Origin: the human T2T-CHM13v2.0 reference genome, Homo sapiens
Reading direction: 5' to 3' (one strand)
DNA length: 64,000 nucleotides
Assembly: GCF_009914755.1 (NCBI RefSeq)
Contig: NC_060927.1
The position numbers were made by a program, and so were the translations under genes. A model generated the notes under the pieces. It saw only the letters and a program-made list of their open reading frames with translations, did no database searches and was not told the DNA's origin. Each line of letters starts with the position of its first letter. The stretch's first letter is position 1. This document shows, in pieces, positions 13,400-25,940 of the stretch.

Positions 13400-14120
13400 A
13401 CATTTATGTGCATTGGTGGTGTTCCTGGTACCTTTCACTGTGGAACACATAGGAGGTCCTCCATTGATATTTGGTAACTGATTGATAACTCTTGCAGCCC
13501 CAACCTCTTTTCTGTGCTCCTGCTGAATGTATCGTATAAATTATTCTGCTGTTGTAAACATCCCCCATCTTTGATCCAACGCTGTATGGCAAGCCTTCTT
13601 GGCTGTTCATGTCGCTATCCACTGTCTATAGGTTCAGTTTGTTTCCAATTCCTGGCTTTTTTTTCTTTCCCTCTTGCATACCCCTTGTTTATTTCTTCCT
13701 CCCCTTTTCTTCAGCCCCAATTCAAGGCATCATTGTTGCAGGCTTTATCCCCAAATTCATTTTCTGTTCTTAAAATCCATTATGCCAACCATCACAAGAT
13801 TGATCCTCCTCAAACTCTCCTTCAACTGTGACATTCCCTGTTCAAAATCTCCTACCAAGTATAAAACAAAGTTCAAATTCTTTATTATATCATTAAGACT
13901 CTGCAGGTTCTGATCCAACTGCTTTTTCTGTCTCATCTTTTTCTCGTCCTCCTCTAAAACCTAGCCTTCAGCAAAGTCATTCATATGCTTTAGACATGGT
14001 TATCATTTACTCATCTCTGTTTGCTTTTGCTCTTCCTTGTTTTGAAATTTCCTTCAGTGGACATCTTCACTTGTCCGAACACTGTACTCTCCCTGGCTCA
14101 CTCTTCTTTTCCATGTGGCT
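13400..14120 (+). mobile_element. L2 fragments
   Basis: TCCCTGTTCAAAATC...AAAGTTCAAATTCTTTA...CTCTGCAGGTTCTGATCC, L2 3'-region motifs. Confidence 0.6.
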
Positions 14121-14139
14121 GTCTCTGTCTTCTCTTAGT

Positions 14140-14950
14140 GGCAGAACCTAGCTTGGCTCAGAAAGTCAACTGATTACAAGGCTTGGTAATCATAGAAAAG
14201 GCATAGGCAGCTAGGTCTCAAGGAATCTAACCAGAGAATTGGCATATCCTTAAAATTCTCTTTTTTTTGCCTCTGCTTCTTTGCAAATGTTGAGTTCCTT
14301 CTTTCTAACTATCTTTGTCTGTTTGGGCTGCTATAATAAAATATCATAGAGAGAGTACCTTATGAACAACAGAAATTTATTACTCATAGTTCTGGGGGCT
14401 GTAGAGTTCAAGATCAAGACTAGCACATTCCAAGTCTGATGAGTGCCCTCTTCCTGGTTCATAGATAGTGCCTTCTTGCTGTGTCCTCCTGTAGTAGAAG
14501 GGTCAAAGCAGCTCTCTGGGGCTTCTTTTAAAGGGTTGTAATCCTGTTTATTAGGGCTCCACCCCCATGACCTAGTCACCTCCCCAAAGGCCCCAGTCGA
14601 CTTGGGAATTAGGATTTCAACCTATACATTTTGGGGGAACACACAAACATTCAGACCATAGCAGCAGCTGATGGTAAGGATTTTTCCACATCAAAGGTAG
14701 AGTTGTGAGATGGACAAACACATTGCCGATAGCTCTAGTTTCATATTTTCCCCACCAGAGACAAACTGATACCTGGGCTCTCTGACCCCAAAGGGAAAAG
14801 TCCTGAGCAAGAAGATACCTGATTAATCTAGTAGTTATCAGATGTCTATTCCTGAGCCAAGAAAGCGAGCCGTGGTTGGGGGATACAGAGGCATCAAAGG
14901 TACTAGGATTGGCCAAGTCTGAGCACATACCCTCCAATTTGGCCAGGGAG
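14140..14950. mobile_element. Degenerate old MLT1 (J/K/L-type) LTR split by MLT1A
   Basis: CTCTGCTTCTTTG...; AAAGTCCTGAG...CTGATT...TCAGATGTCTATTCCTGAGCCAA...GATTGGCCAAGTCTG. Confidence 0.5.
14310..14663 (-). mobile_element. MLT1A-like MaLR solo LTR
   Basis: GGGCTGCTATAATAAAA...AACAACAGAAATTTATT...AACATTCAGACCATAGCA end. Confidence 0.85.
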
Positions 14951-14956
14951 GGAGAT

Positions 14957-15431
14957 TGCAGAGGTGACCATGATCTTGCCCACCTTGTGACTTTGTACCT
15001 CCTTCTATCAAGAGGTAGAGTCTACTTCCCCACCACTTGAATCTAGGGTGGACTTAGTCCTTGATTGAGTGTCAAAAGAATGCAGCAGGAGTGACGTGGT
15101 ACCAGTTTCAAGCCTCGGTCTCAAAAGATCATGCACAATTCCACTCTTTCTCAGAAACCTGCCACCACCATGTGAACAAGTCTGGGCTAGCCTGTGTGAT
15201 AATGAGAGATATGTGGCTCAGTCATCCTTGTTACCCCAATTGACAACCAACCAATCACAAGAAGCAGAGCTGCCTAGTGAGTCATCAGTGCCATCAGTAT
15301 ATTCAGTTGAGATCAGAAGAACCACATAGATAAGTTCAGACCAAAAAGCCAACTCATAAGCACATAAATGGTTGTTTTTTTAAGCCTCTAACTTTTGGGT
15401 GTTCCGTTATACATCAAATCTAACTGACACA
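14957..15431 (+). mobile_element. MLT1G/H-like MaLR LTR
   Basis: ATCAAGAGGTAGAGTCTACTTCCCCACCACTTGAATCT; TTTTAAGCCTCTAAC...TAACTGACACA end. Confidence 0.8.
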
Positions 15432-15594
15432 AAGGTGGAATATGTATGACAGCTGCTCCCCTGGTAACTGTATAGTTTAGAGTAGAATATTTTCCAGAAG
15501 CAGGAAGACTGTGTTCTGGGCAAACAAAACCATGGATGGCAGGTACAGCCACTTCCATGCCCTAACACAAGACTATTGCATTCTTTTTTATTTC

Positions 15595-15710
15595 TGAGTA
15601 GACAGTGAACCGCTGAGGGCAGTGGCTGGTCTGGTTCATTTCTCCTAGTAATTAGCAGAGGCTCTCATACACATTAGGTACTTGGTGAATCTTAGTTAAA
15701 TGAGTGACTA
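15595..15710 (+). mobile_element. L2 3' end
   Basis: TAGAC...TGAGGGCAG...TAGGTACTTGGTGAATCTTAGTTAAATGAGTGA. Confidence 0.65.
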
Positions 15711-16002
15711 GATGGGATATTATTCCATCATCATTCTCATTTGTGGGTATATGAGACTTGAACATTTTATCACTGATATACCACTAAACCTTGGAACCTT
15801 AAGAATATTTTTTGGGAAAAAAATCTTTCATATATTACACAAAAATGCAAATCTGATGCCATACCCCAGTGATAGGTTTGATAAAATTCAAGACTAAACC
15901 ACTTTATAAAAAGGACATACTTCTAGCAATGCTCACAGAGCAGCTTTTATTCATGCTCTCTGCAGAAACTGAGCCCTTTCTTTGTCTATGAAACATCCAT
16001 GA

Positions 16003-16230
16003 CTGCCATTTGTTGATATCCACTATCAGCCAGACAATGTGCTTCTCATTATGTAAACATATCTCATTTAATTCAGTCCTCCAAGTGGCCCCATGAAGTA
16101 ATCATTCTCATTTTACAGAAGAGGAAACTGAAACTCAGGGAAGTTAAATATAATTGCTCAAGTTCATACATATAGTAAGCGTCCAAGCAGTGATTTGAAC
16201 ACAGGGCTCTCTTGCTCTACAGACCTTCTG
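16003..16230 (-). mobile_element. MIR (MIRb-like)
   Basis: CATTTTACAGAAGAGGAAACTGAAACTCAGGGAAGTTAAAT core. Confidence 0.88.
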
Positions 16231-16559
16231 TATTTGGATAGTGCTGCTGGAGGATGGGGATGACTTCCAAATTGAGACAAAATCTCTCTATTTTTATCTA
16301 ATTTTTACTCTTGGGACTATACTATTCACTAATTTCTTCATCCTACATGTTTCTACTTTTCTTTTGCTTTTAAGATGTGTCTTAGACATAATATTTTATT
16401 TAGCTTACCATAGCCACTATAGCACAGGGACAGTTGTCCATTTAGAGTCATGTCCAGCCATGGCTTGGTTATGGGCTGTAAGTAAAAGTTAGCATTACTA
16501 AAATGCTTGAGGAGTTACATCTAAAGATATTTAAACATATACAAAGCTTCGGTGAACAC

Positions 16560-16858
16560 CTTTCAGCATGTTGGGAACACAAACTGTGCAAGTTCAGGAG
16601 GTGATCATAAGACATGACCTCTGCCTTTATGGACCTTATAGTCTGGTGGGAAAGAGCTATGTACCCAATAGTTTCCCAATGAAGGGGTATGTATTAAATG
16701 CTAGGGGCACATGCCCATCACAAGAGGGCACAGAGGAGGAAGAGACAACTTCCATTGGCAAGAACCAGGACATGTTTACAGGAGAGATGGGCACATGAGC
16801 TAAGTATTGGAGGACAAATGAGAATTAGAAAGACAGAGCTGGTGTAGCATTCCAGTTT
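16560..16858 (-). mobile_element. L2 fragment
   Basis: AAGACATGACCTCTGCCTTTATGGACCTTATAGTCTGGTGGGA. Confidence 0.7.
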
Positions 16859-16887
16859 AGTGTCCCTTTTCAAAAATGCTTAGTATG

Positions 16888-17031
16888 AGCTGAGCGCAAT
16901 GATGCCCAACTGTAGTCCCAGCTACTTGGGAAGCTGAAGAGGGAGGATAGCTTGAACCCAGGAGTTTGATGCCAGCCTGAGCAACATAGCAAGACTATCT
17001 CTCTTAAAAAAAAAAAAAAAAAAAAAAAAAA
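16888..17031 (+). mobile_element. FLAM_A-like Alu monomer
   Basis: Single monomer, A26 tail (17006-17031), TSD GCTTAGTATG (16878-16887, 17032-17041). Confidence 0.88.
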
Positions 17032-17394
17032 GCTTAGTATGTCCCTGAGAGAGAGAAAGAAAACAGCATTGTCTCCATCTTCATTACCTTCAAGCACTGT
17101 ATGAGGACACTCACAGTGACAGAAAAAGAGAGTAATTATAGGCTCAAGGGAGAGAAAATTGGAGATTCTCTGAAATGTTGGGAGTATCCGGGTCTCTGTG
17201 GATAGTTTAGACTGATTTTCTGTGAAGACAAACACACAGACAATTTCAAGGTATGTTTATGATTATAAGGAAGATATTTTCAATTCTGGAAGTATAAAAT
17301 TATGAGAGTATAAAATTGATGAGGGAGAATCATCAAGTTACATGAGGTAAAATGCACAATGTAACGAAAGGAACTTTCAAGGAAATAGACTTCA

Positions 17395-17760
<366 letters not shown>

Positions 17761-17958
17761 GAAAGTACTAAAAACAACAACAACAGCAACACACACACAA
17801 CTGAATGTTTCTTAATAAAATTTAAAAGAATTTAAAAAATCTAAGTTTATCCTCTGCTTTAGTTACTACCAGAGATTCAGAAGTCTCTTACACAATTCGC
17901 AATTTTATTCTGAAAACAAGGCAAACAGATTTAAAATAAAGCCAAAACAGTATATGAT

Positions 17959-18393
17959 TGTAGTGAATTGAGTGGTGTCTCCCAAAAGAACTCATGTTTA
18001 CCCAGAATCTCAAAAGGGTATCTTATTTGGAATAAAGGTCCTTGCATATGTAATTAAGGTAAGATTAGTAATAAGATCATATTGGCTTAGGGTGGGATCT
18101 GATACCTGGTGTCCTTTTAAGAAGAGAAGAGAACACAGATAGGAGAGAAGGCTGTGTGAAGAGGGAGTTAGAGCCTGAAGTCAGGCTGCTGCAAGCCAAG
18201 GAAGACCAGAAGCCACCAGAAGCTGGAAGAGGCAAGGAAAGATTCTCTCCCGGAGCCTTGGAAGGGAGTGTACCCCTGCTGTCACCGTGAGTTTGGACAT
18301 CTGGCTTCCAGAATGGTGAGAAAATAAATTTCTTTTGTTTTAAGCCATCTGGTTTGTGGTAATTTGTTACAGCAGCCCTAGGAAACGAATACA
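17959..18393 (+). mobile_element. MLT1B/C MaLR solo LTR
   Basis: TG...ACA termini, GAAGCTGGAAGAGGCAAGGAA motif, perfect 5-bp TSD ATGAT (17954-17958, 18394-18398). Confidence 0.92.
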
Positions 18394-18429
18394 ATGATTA
18401 AAGCATTGGGTTTCAGAGGAGGGGTTCTG

Positions 18430-18555
18430 GAATACGTAGGACTTCCTAGAGGAGGTCACGTGGGAAACTGAGACGTTAGGGAAGTAAAGAGGAGGGAAGG
18501 ACTTTCTTGGAACAAGGAACCAGCAGTAGCAAAAGTGTTTAGGTGGGAATGGACA
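18430..18555 (-). mobile_element. L2 fragment
   Basis: GGACTTCCTAGAGGAGGTCAC...GGAACCAGCAGTAGCAAAAG. Confidence 0.55.
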
Positions 18556-19448
18556 AGAAAGGGCAGACCTTCTGCACGGAGAACTAAACTTGCCTTGATT
18601 TGTACCTGGTAGGGAACTCCTGGCTTTTCTTTCTCTTGACATGGATGCATCATTAGAAATAGTCTCATATTTAAAAATAATAATAAGGAGAAGATTTCTA
18701 ATTCCAGTATAGACCAAAGAAAATTAAGAGAAAATCAGTGAGGAAGATCATGAGAAATGAGGTGGAGACTTTCTTAAGAGGGGAACAATATGAGCAAAGC
18801 TGTTAAAGCAGATGTTGGTATATATGTGAGAAAAATATTTCCTGATACTATATATCAGAATATGTGTAAACAAACTAGCTCACTAACTTACTAACAAAAA
18901 GCAGGGGAGTACTGAGAGACAGAAAACATGGATTCAGCATGTGCACATTTCTGGTTGGGTAGGAAAGGCAAGGAAGTAGGGAAGACAGATTAAATGAAAT
19001 TAAGTTTTAATTATTAAAACTACTGTAAGCACTACTGTTCCCTGCTCCAAACAGCAGATGGTGTCATCAGTTTATCATAGCTGGGTTGCAGTTCAGAATG
19101 GCCAGAGTGAGGACAGTGGAAGTGAGTATGTTCTTTCAGAAGCTGGGGAGTTATGGGTTATTTGCAGGCTATGTATCTATGTCTTAGGTACGAGTCTGTA
19201 AAATACATATGTTCCCTAAAACATCTGGCCTCCAATTTTACAATAATTAAAAATGGCCATGGATTTTCCAACTGGCTGATGAAAGGGAAAAATAATAAGA
19301 AAAAGCAAAAGAAGGTTTAATACATTTATAATTTAACATGTGTGTTGTTCTACATTATTAGTCATAAAGAATTTTTGGGCTGGAAAATCCTGAGTGTTTT
19401 TGTGTCTAATTTTCTGAATGTAGTCTTAGGTCCTGAGATAGATAATCT

Positions 19449-19720
19449 CTTTTTTTTTTCCTCTTAGATTGCTTTTTTATTTTAAGTAAAGATTTGCCTT
19501 GCTTTAAAGAAACTGTGCCTTTTGATTATGGTTTATTACAAGAAAGCCGAGGAATCAGTGGACTAATGAAAAGATGGTGAATTTTAATGTATGTTTATAT
19601 ATTTTAGTTAAAATAAAATGTAGGTCTTCATGTGCATTTTTAAAATTTAAAATTTTTATTATACTTTAAGTTCTGGGATACATGTGCAGAATGTGCAGGT
19701 TTGTTACATAGGTATACATG
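19449..19720 (-). mobile_element. Extremely 5'-truncated L1PA (~70 bp of 3' end) carrying a ~190-bp 3' transduction
   Basis: L1 3' end at ~19652-19720; unique DNA 19460-~19640; AATAAA on the minus strand at 19476-19481; T10 at 19450-19459; 14-bp TSD GAGATAGATAATCT (19435-19448, 19721-19734). Confidence 0.88.
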
Positions 19721-20013
19721 GAGATAGATAATCTTGAAACCCAAAGACTAAGTTATTCATTTCAACATTGAGCAGGCACAGAATATAGGTGCTTAATCAG
19801 TGTCTGTAGAATGAACTAATTAATAGATCCTATAAAATTGGTGAATGAAATTGGGAGTATGGTCAAACATGCTGTTTCTAAATTGTGGGCATGGCTAAAA
19901 TAATTTTTATGAAGAAGTAGAATATAAGAAAGCATGTCAGAAATTGGATAAGATATAAAAGTCCCGTGTCCCCTTTCTGCTAGAAGGAAAACTGTAAAGA
20001 AGGTAATGGGGGC

Positions 20014-22334
20014 TGATATGGTTTGGCTGTGTCCCCACCCAAATCTTATTTTGAATTGTACTTCTCATAATCCCCATGTGTCCTGGGAGGGACAGTGTGG
20101 AAGGTAATTTAATCATGGAGGCATTTACCCTCATGCTGTTCTCATGATAGTGAGTGAGTTCTCATGAGACCTGACGGTTTTATAAGAGGGTTTTCCCCCT
20201 TTTACTTGGCACTTCTCCTTCCTACTGCCATGTGAAGAAGGATGTGTTGTCTTCCCATTTTCCCATGATTGTAAGTTTCCTGAGGCCTCCCCAGCCATGC
20301 TGAACTGTGAGTCAATTAAACCTCTTTCCTTTATAAATTACCCAGTCTCAGATATATTCTTATAGCAGCATGGGAATGGACTAATACAGTAAATTGGTAC
20401 CAAGAGTATGGTGCTGCTATAAAGATACCTGAAAATGTGGAAGCAACTTTGGAACTGGGTAACAGGCAGAAGTTGGAACAGTTTGGAGGGCTCAGAATAA
20501 CACAGGAAAATGTGGGAAAGTTTGGAACTTCCTAGAGACTTGGAGGGCTCAGAAGACAGAAAGATGTGTGAAAGTTTGGAACTTCCTAGAGACTTGTTGA
20601 ATGGCTTTGCCTAAAATGCTGATAGTGATATGGACAATAAAGTCCAGACTGAGGTGGTCTTAGACGCAGATGAGGAACTTGTTGGGAAGTGGAGCAAAGG
20701 TGACTCTTGTTATGCTTTAGCAAAGAGACTGCTGGCATTTTGCCCCTGCTGTAGAGATCTGTGGAACTTTGAACTTGAGAGAGATGATTTAGGGTATCTG
20801 GCAGAAGAAATTTCCAAGCAGCAAAACAGTCAAGAGGTGACAGAGCATGAAAGTTCAGAAAATTTGCAGTCTGACAATGCAATAGGAAAGAAAAACCCAT
20901 TTTTTGAGGGGAAATTCAAGCTGGCTGCAGAAATTTGCATAAGTGATGAGAAGCCAAATGTTAATCACCAAGAAAATAAGAAATATGTTTCCAGGGCACA
21001 TCAGAGGTCTTCAAAGCAGCTCCTCCCATCACAGGCCCAGACTAGGAACAAAAATGGCTTCCTGGTCTACATCCAGGGTGCCCTTGCTGTAAGCAGTCTC
21101 AGAACTGCATCCCAGTCACTCCAGCCATAGCTAAAAGGGGCCAAGGTACAGCTCAGGATGTTGCTTCAGAGGGTGCAAGCACCCAGCCTTGGCAGCTTCC
21201 ACGTGGTGTTGGTCCTGGGGGTGTGCAAAAGACAAGAATTGAGGTTTGGGAACCTCTGCCTAGATTTCAGAGGATGTACAGAAACGCCTTGATGTCCAGG
21301 CAGAAGTTGGCTACCGCGGTGGGGCCCTCACAGAGAACCTCTGCTAGGGCTGTGTGGATGGGAAATGTGATGTTGGAGCCCCAACTGGGGCACTGGTCAG
21401 TGGAGCTGTGAGAAGAGGGCCACTGTCCTCCAGACCCCAGAATGGTAGCTCCACTGACAGCTTGTACCATGCACCTGGAAAAGCCACAGACACTCAATAG
21501 CAGCCTATGAAAGCAGCTGGGATGGGGGCTGTACCCTGCAAAGCCAGAGGGGTGGAGCCTCCCAAGGCCATGGGAGCCCATCTCTTGCATCAGCATGACT
21601 TGGATGTGAGACATGGAGTCAAAGGACATCATTTTGGAACTTCAATGTTTAATGACTGCTCTTTTGGATTTCAGACTTGCATGGGGCCTGTAGCCCCTTT
21701 GTTTTGGCCAACTTCTCCCATTTGGAATGGGTGTATTTACCCAATGCCTGTCCCCTCTGTTGTATGTAGAAAGTAACTAACTTGTTTTTGATTTTACAGG
21801 TTCATAGGTGAAAGGGGCTTGCTTGTCTCAGATGAGACTTTGAACTTGGAGTTTTGAGTTAATGCTGGAATAAATTAAGACTTTGGGGGACTGCTGGAAG
21901 GGCATGATTATGTTTTAAAATGTTATGAGATGAGATTTGGGAAGGGCCATGGCAGAATGATCTGGTTTGGCCATGTTCCCACCCAAATCATATTTTGTAT
22001 TATAGTTTCCATAAGTCCCACATGTTGTGGGAGGGACCCAGTGGGAGGTAATTTAATCACGGAGGCATTTACCCTCATGCTGTTCTCATGATAGTGAGTT
22101 CTTACAATATCTGATGGTTTTTTAAGGGACTTTTCCCCCTTTTGCTTGGCACTTCTCCTTCCTGCTGTCATGTGAAGAAGGACATGTTTGCTTCCCCTTC
22201 CACCATGATTGTAAGTTTCCTGAGGCCTCTCCAGCCATGGTGAACTCTGAGTCAATTAAACCTCTTTCCTTTATAAATTATCCAGTTTTATACCCTGTAT
22301 GTCTTTATTAACAGCGTGAGAACAAGCTAATACA
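20014..22334 (+). mobile_element. Full-length THE1C/D MaLR provirus (5'LTR 20014-20388, internal 20389-21957, 3'LTR 21958-22334)
   Basis: Two homologous LTRs TGAT(A/C)TGGTTTGG...TAATACA, internal start GTAAATTGGTACC, purine tract before the 3'LTR, TSD GGGGC/GGAGC. Confidence 0.95.
20630..21130 (+). pseudogene. Remnant of the MaLR internal ORF
   Basis: DEELVGKWSKGDSCYALAKRL...DLWNFELERDDLGYLAEEISKQQ, typical THE1/MST-int peptide. Confidence 0.8.
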
Positions 22335-24129
22335 GGAGCCTTGGCTGCAACATTTGAACTTTATACTCCCAAATCAGGACTTGACCCTTTGGGGCTCCCC
22401 AAGGATGACCCTCCCCAACAAAGTCTCAAACAACCATATTATTATTGCTGTCTCATCAGTAGAAATCCTTGAGCTTCTAGGATAAGTTCCTAGAATTTAA
22501 GCTTTATCATACCTCACACACCACGTGGCTGTCACCTGGCTTCTGGGAGTGTTCATTCCTAATGAATGCTTATTGTCTTTGCCTGGCCTGAAACAGTCAC
22601 TTCTTGATTTGCAGAGACACATCTGAACTGGGGATGTACCTTGCTTTCTATAGTCCAAGGAAAGGTCTCAATATGTCTATGAAAAGAGAGGACTTGGGAA
22701 TGGGAAGAGGAGCCTATGAAGCTTTTCGTGATTCCTGAGCTGCAAGTATAATCCTGCATAGGATTAGTACCTATGACCACCACTTTGATGTGTTGGACCA
22801 AGAATAATGTACTGAAGAGCTCAAGGTGGAGAGAATGGGTCTTGGTGTGGCCCATCATAAGGAGCAAAAGAAGTGAAAGTTAAAATTTGGTGTTGGCCTT
22901 GATCATATCAATCAAACCCAAATTCTGTAAATAACCCTCCACAGTCCAATACATTATGTGCCATAGCCATCATGGCCCTCTGAGAAGATGCTTATGTGTG
23001 TCCCATTGTCCCAGCCATACACACACACTTTGGCTCAATATGGCTAAACCAAAATAGAGTGTCAACCTATTCTACCCCTTACCACTAGGTAGAAACCTGG
23101 GGGAATAGTTTTGCTTCTTAAAAGTCTCAATATGGTGCTTATCCAAAGATGGGAGTTGTAATAAATGGAGCCCTACCCCACCCGTTATGCCATCCAAAAT
23201 TCTTCAGTGTTTCCTGCCAGATTTTCAACTATTTTATCTCACGTGTTCATGTTTCAGATATTCTGATCATCTTATTCTGGAAGAAGTGAGTTATCAGTTG
23301 TCCATAAAGTCCTGCAGACTTTTCATAAACTGAACTTTTCATTGATCATGACCCTTATCCTACATAACCCAAGTCATCAAGACCTATGCAGTGGAGAGGC
23401 TAAATTATGGCAGGACTGTGCTCCACAGGGAAGAAATGTGGTCCCTCAATACAAGCCGTGTCCTCAATAGAGGTAATTTTAACAAATGGGACCAAGATTC
23501 CAGCAATAGAGGCAGCCTCTGTGAGTCAATAAAGAACAGGAGAGACCTTTGTAGGAGGAAAATGGGAACAAACATAATCAATCCTTTCACAGGCAAAGAC
23601 CTTTTTTTTGGAGGTAGTGTCTTTGGTTTAACCCCTTAACTCTGCCAGTTCCCAGAACGAGGTGAAATTAGAAGCATCTTCTGCATAATAGGCATAATGC
23701 CAACTGCTTTGAAAATTTGTTGTAATAATTAGAGAAAGTAATATATTATCACACTTTGGAAATAATATATTATTGACAAACATTACATCCTTTACCCCTT
23801 TTCCTTCCCCAAATGGAACCCAATTTAATTAATAAGTATATTGAGTCTTCACTAGACTAATAACTTCTGGAATTTGGGATATATAAAAAAAACTATCTCT
23901 ACTGTGAAATCAGAAATAAAGGAATGCAGATGCTTTCCTCTTGGGAGCTCAGACTTTGTAAAATCAGAAGTAGGTTTAGGCCTCTGCAGGGCAGACAAAG
24001 CCAGAAGCAGCCATTCCATTTCCTTGGGTCAAGGGGAGGCAGCCAGGCCCACTGCACTGTCTGAGGCCGGGGCCTCCCTTTTTCCCCCTGCATCCCCTGG
24101 GAGCCTCTGGAACCAGTGCCTCTATTGTT

Positions 24130-24230
24130 ACGCATCTCAGTTTTTTCATCTGCATGATTGAGAACTCAATCATGTTGACCTCATAGGCAGGAATACTAAA
24201 TAATTTTCATAAAGATCTATGAAATCAACT
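24130..24230 (+). mobile_element. MIR core fragment
   Basis: TCTCAGTTTTTTCATCTGCA...ACCTCATAGG. Confidence 0.6.
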
Positions 24231-25787
24231 AAGTTATGTCTAAAAGCCACACTATTTGTTTTACAGATCTGCAGTGCAATTGTGCCCATGTGTGTGCTTT
24301 CTACATGATTTCTGGTCATCTGTGAGCTTGATTTCTCTTGTCTTGCCATGGTGAGTTACATCAAACATACCTGCAGATTTCCTGACTGACATAGAGTCTC
24401 CTTCTCCTTCCAGCGCCTTCATGATCACTGTCCCCTTTTGAAGATTCTTTTTTCAACTCTCTCTTTTTCAAAAGATTACTTTGTCACAATTATTCAGGAA
24501 AGGGTTTTGCGCCTGTAGGAAATATTAATAGACTATTATGAGGTCCTACAACTAATTTTTCCACACATATCATCTGTCTTTGCATGGTTATTAAACTTCA
24601 ACAATATTTCATGCAATGCTTCCCTGCTAAATTAATTTGGTTCCTTCTTTTCTGGCTTCTTCTTTTCTGTCCACAAGCTTTAAAATTAAATTGAATCTTC
24701 ATAATTATAGCTTTTTGTTGTTCTCCTTCATATCTTTTTCTTTTTTTCAATTTCTCTATCAAAGGAGCAATAAAGACATAAAGAAGCAAAATTATAATTC
24801 TAAAAGACCCAAATAGTCTTGAGTTTGATGGGTTTGAGGCTGGGTATCTTTTAAGTAGGAGGAGAGCGGGTAAAGAAATTCAGACCTGGAATGTAGATAA
24901 ATTGGCCCTAATTTATCCTGGGGCATTGGAAACAAATGAAAATTGTCCTCTCAATCATGAAACTTTTGTGGTTGTTATAGTGTTCTTATTTGTGTCAAGT
25001 GATACTCTCCTTTTTTAAAAAATAAATATTCTGTCTCTATATATCCACATGCACACACGAACACACATATTTTCTCTTGTGGTTAAATTTTCCCAAAGTC
25101 TCATGTAGTTATTAAATCTCTCTTAAAATCCCTGTCTTAGGCACTAAGGAATCTTCACTCATGTTACATATCTTGAAAGTGGGAGATGAAGAGCTAAAAC
25201 AACATTCGTGCTTGGGGTTGACCCAGCCAAGGTACCAACCAAGGGGTTTGTAGGAATTGGAATCAGGAAGGGGGCTCTGATAGGAGGTCCTGAGAGTCAG
25301 AGGTAAGAGTCAGTTAAAGTCCATTGGGAAGAGCAGAGGCTCAAACACAAACATGGGAAGTATGGGTAAAAGAGACCCTTCAATCTCCTTCCACTCTCAC
25401 TTCCACCTTGGTCCACTGTTTACTACCTCCACCATAGGAGAAAAGAAATTGCCAAGTGGATAGGTCAGATAGGTCTTCCTGACTGGACCTGCATTCCTGG
25501 TGGGTAGAATTACAGTGCTTCAAAGGCTGGTGCCCCTGCCTAGCTGATCCTCAGATGGAAGCAGGACATGACCTCCTTGGATGAGCCAACCATTCTCATG
25601 AGTCTACCCTTCAGTCTAAACTGGTGGTTGTGTAGCGGATCCAGGGCCTGTCTTGGGGCTTGGTGTCCCTCTCTCTCCATTTCTCCAGCCAAAAATCTGC
25701 TTTCTTAAACTAAGCATCACAAGGGAGACCTATATTTAGCAGTTGCTGGCTTAGCTATTACTAAGGACTTAGCTATTACTAAGTACT

Positions 25788-25880
25788 TCAAATTCATCAA
25801 ATTGTATACATTAAACATGTACAGGTTTTTTGGGGGGGAGGCGTATATCATTTATACTTCAATAAAGCTGTTAAAAAATA
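25788..25880 (+). mobile_element. L1M 3'-terminal fragment
   Basis: CATCAAATTGTATACATTAAA...TATACTTCAATAAAGCTGTTAAAAA. Confidence 0.8.
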
Positions 25881-25940
25881 AGGAGATACTATGATTCCTA
25901 TCCTGTTACTGCTCCCTTGGGAACCCTCTGGCAAGGATAG

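Noticed and set aside
22340-23260. Possible processed pseudogene or ancient coding remnant
   Set aside because: The frame I translated by hand has stops and no recognisable protein family; no polyA or TSD. A tblastx/Dfam search would be needed.
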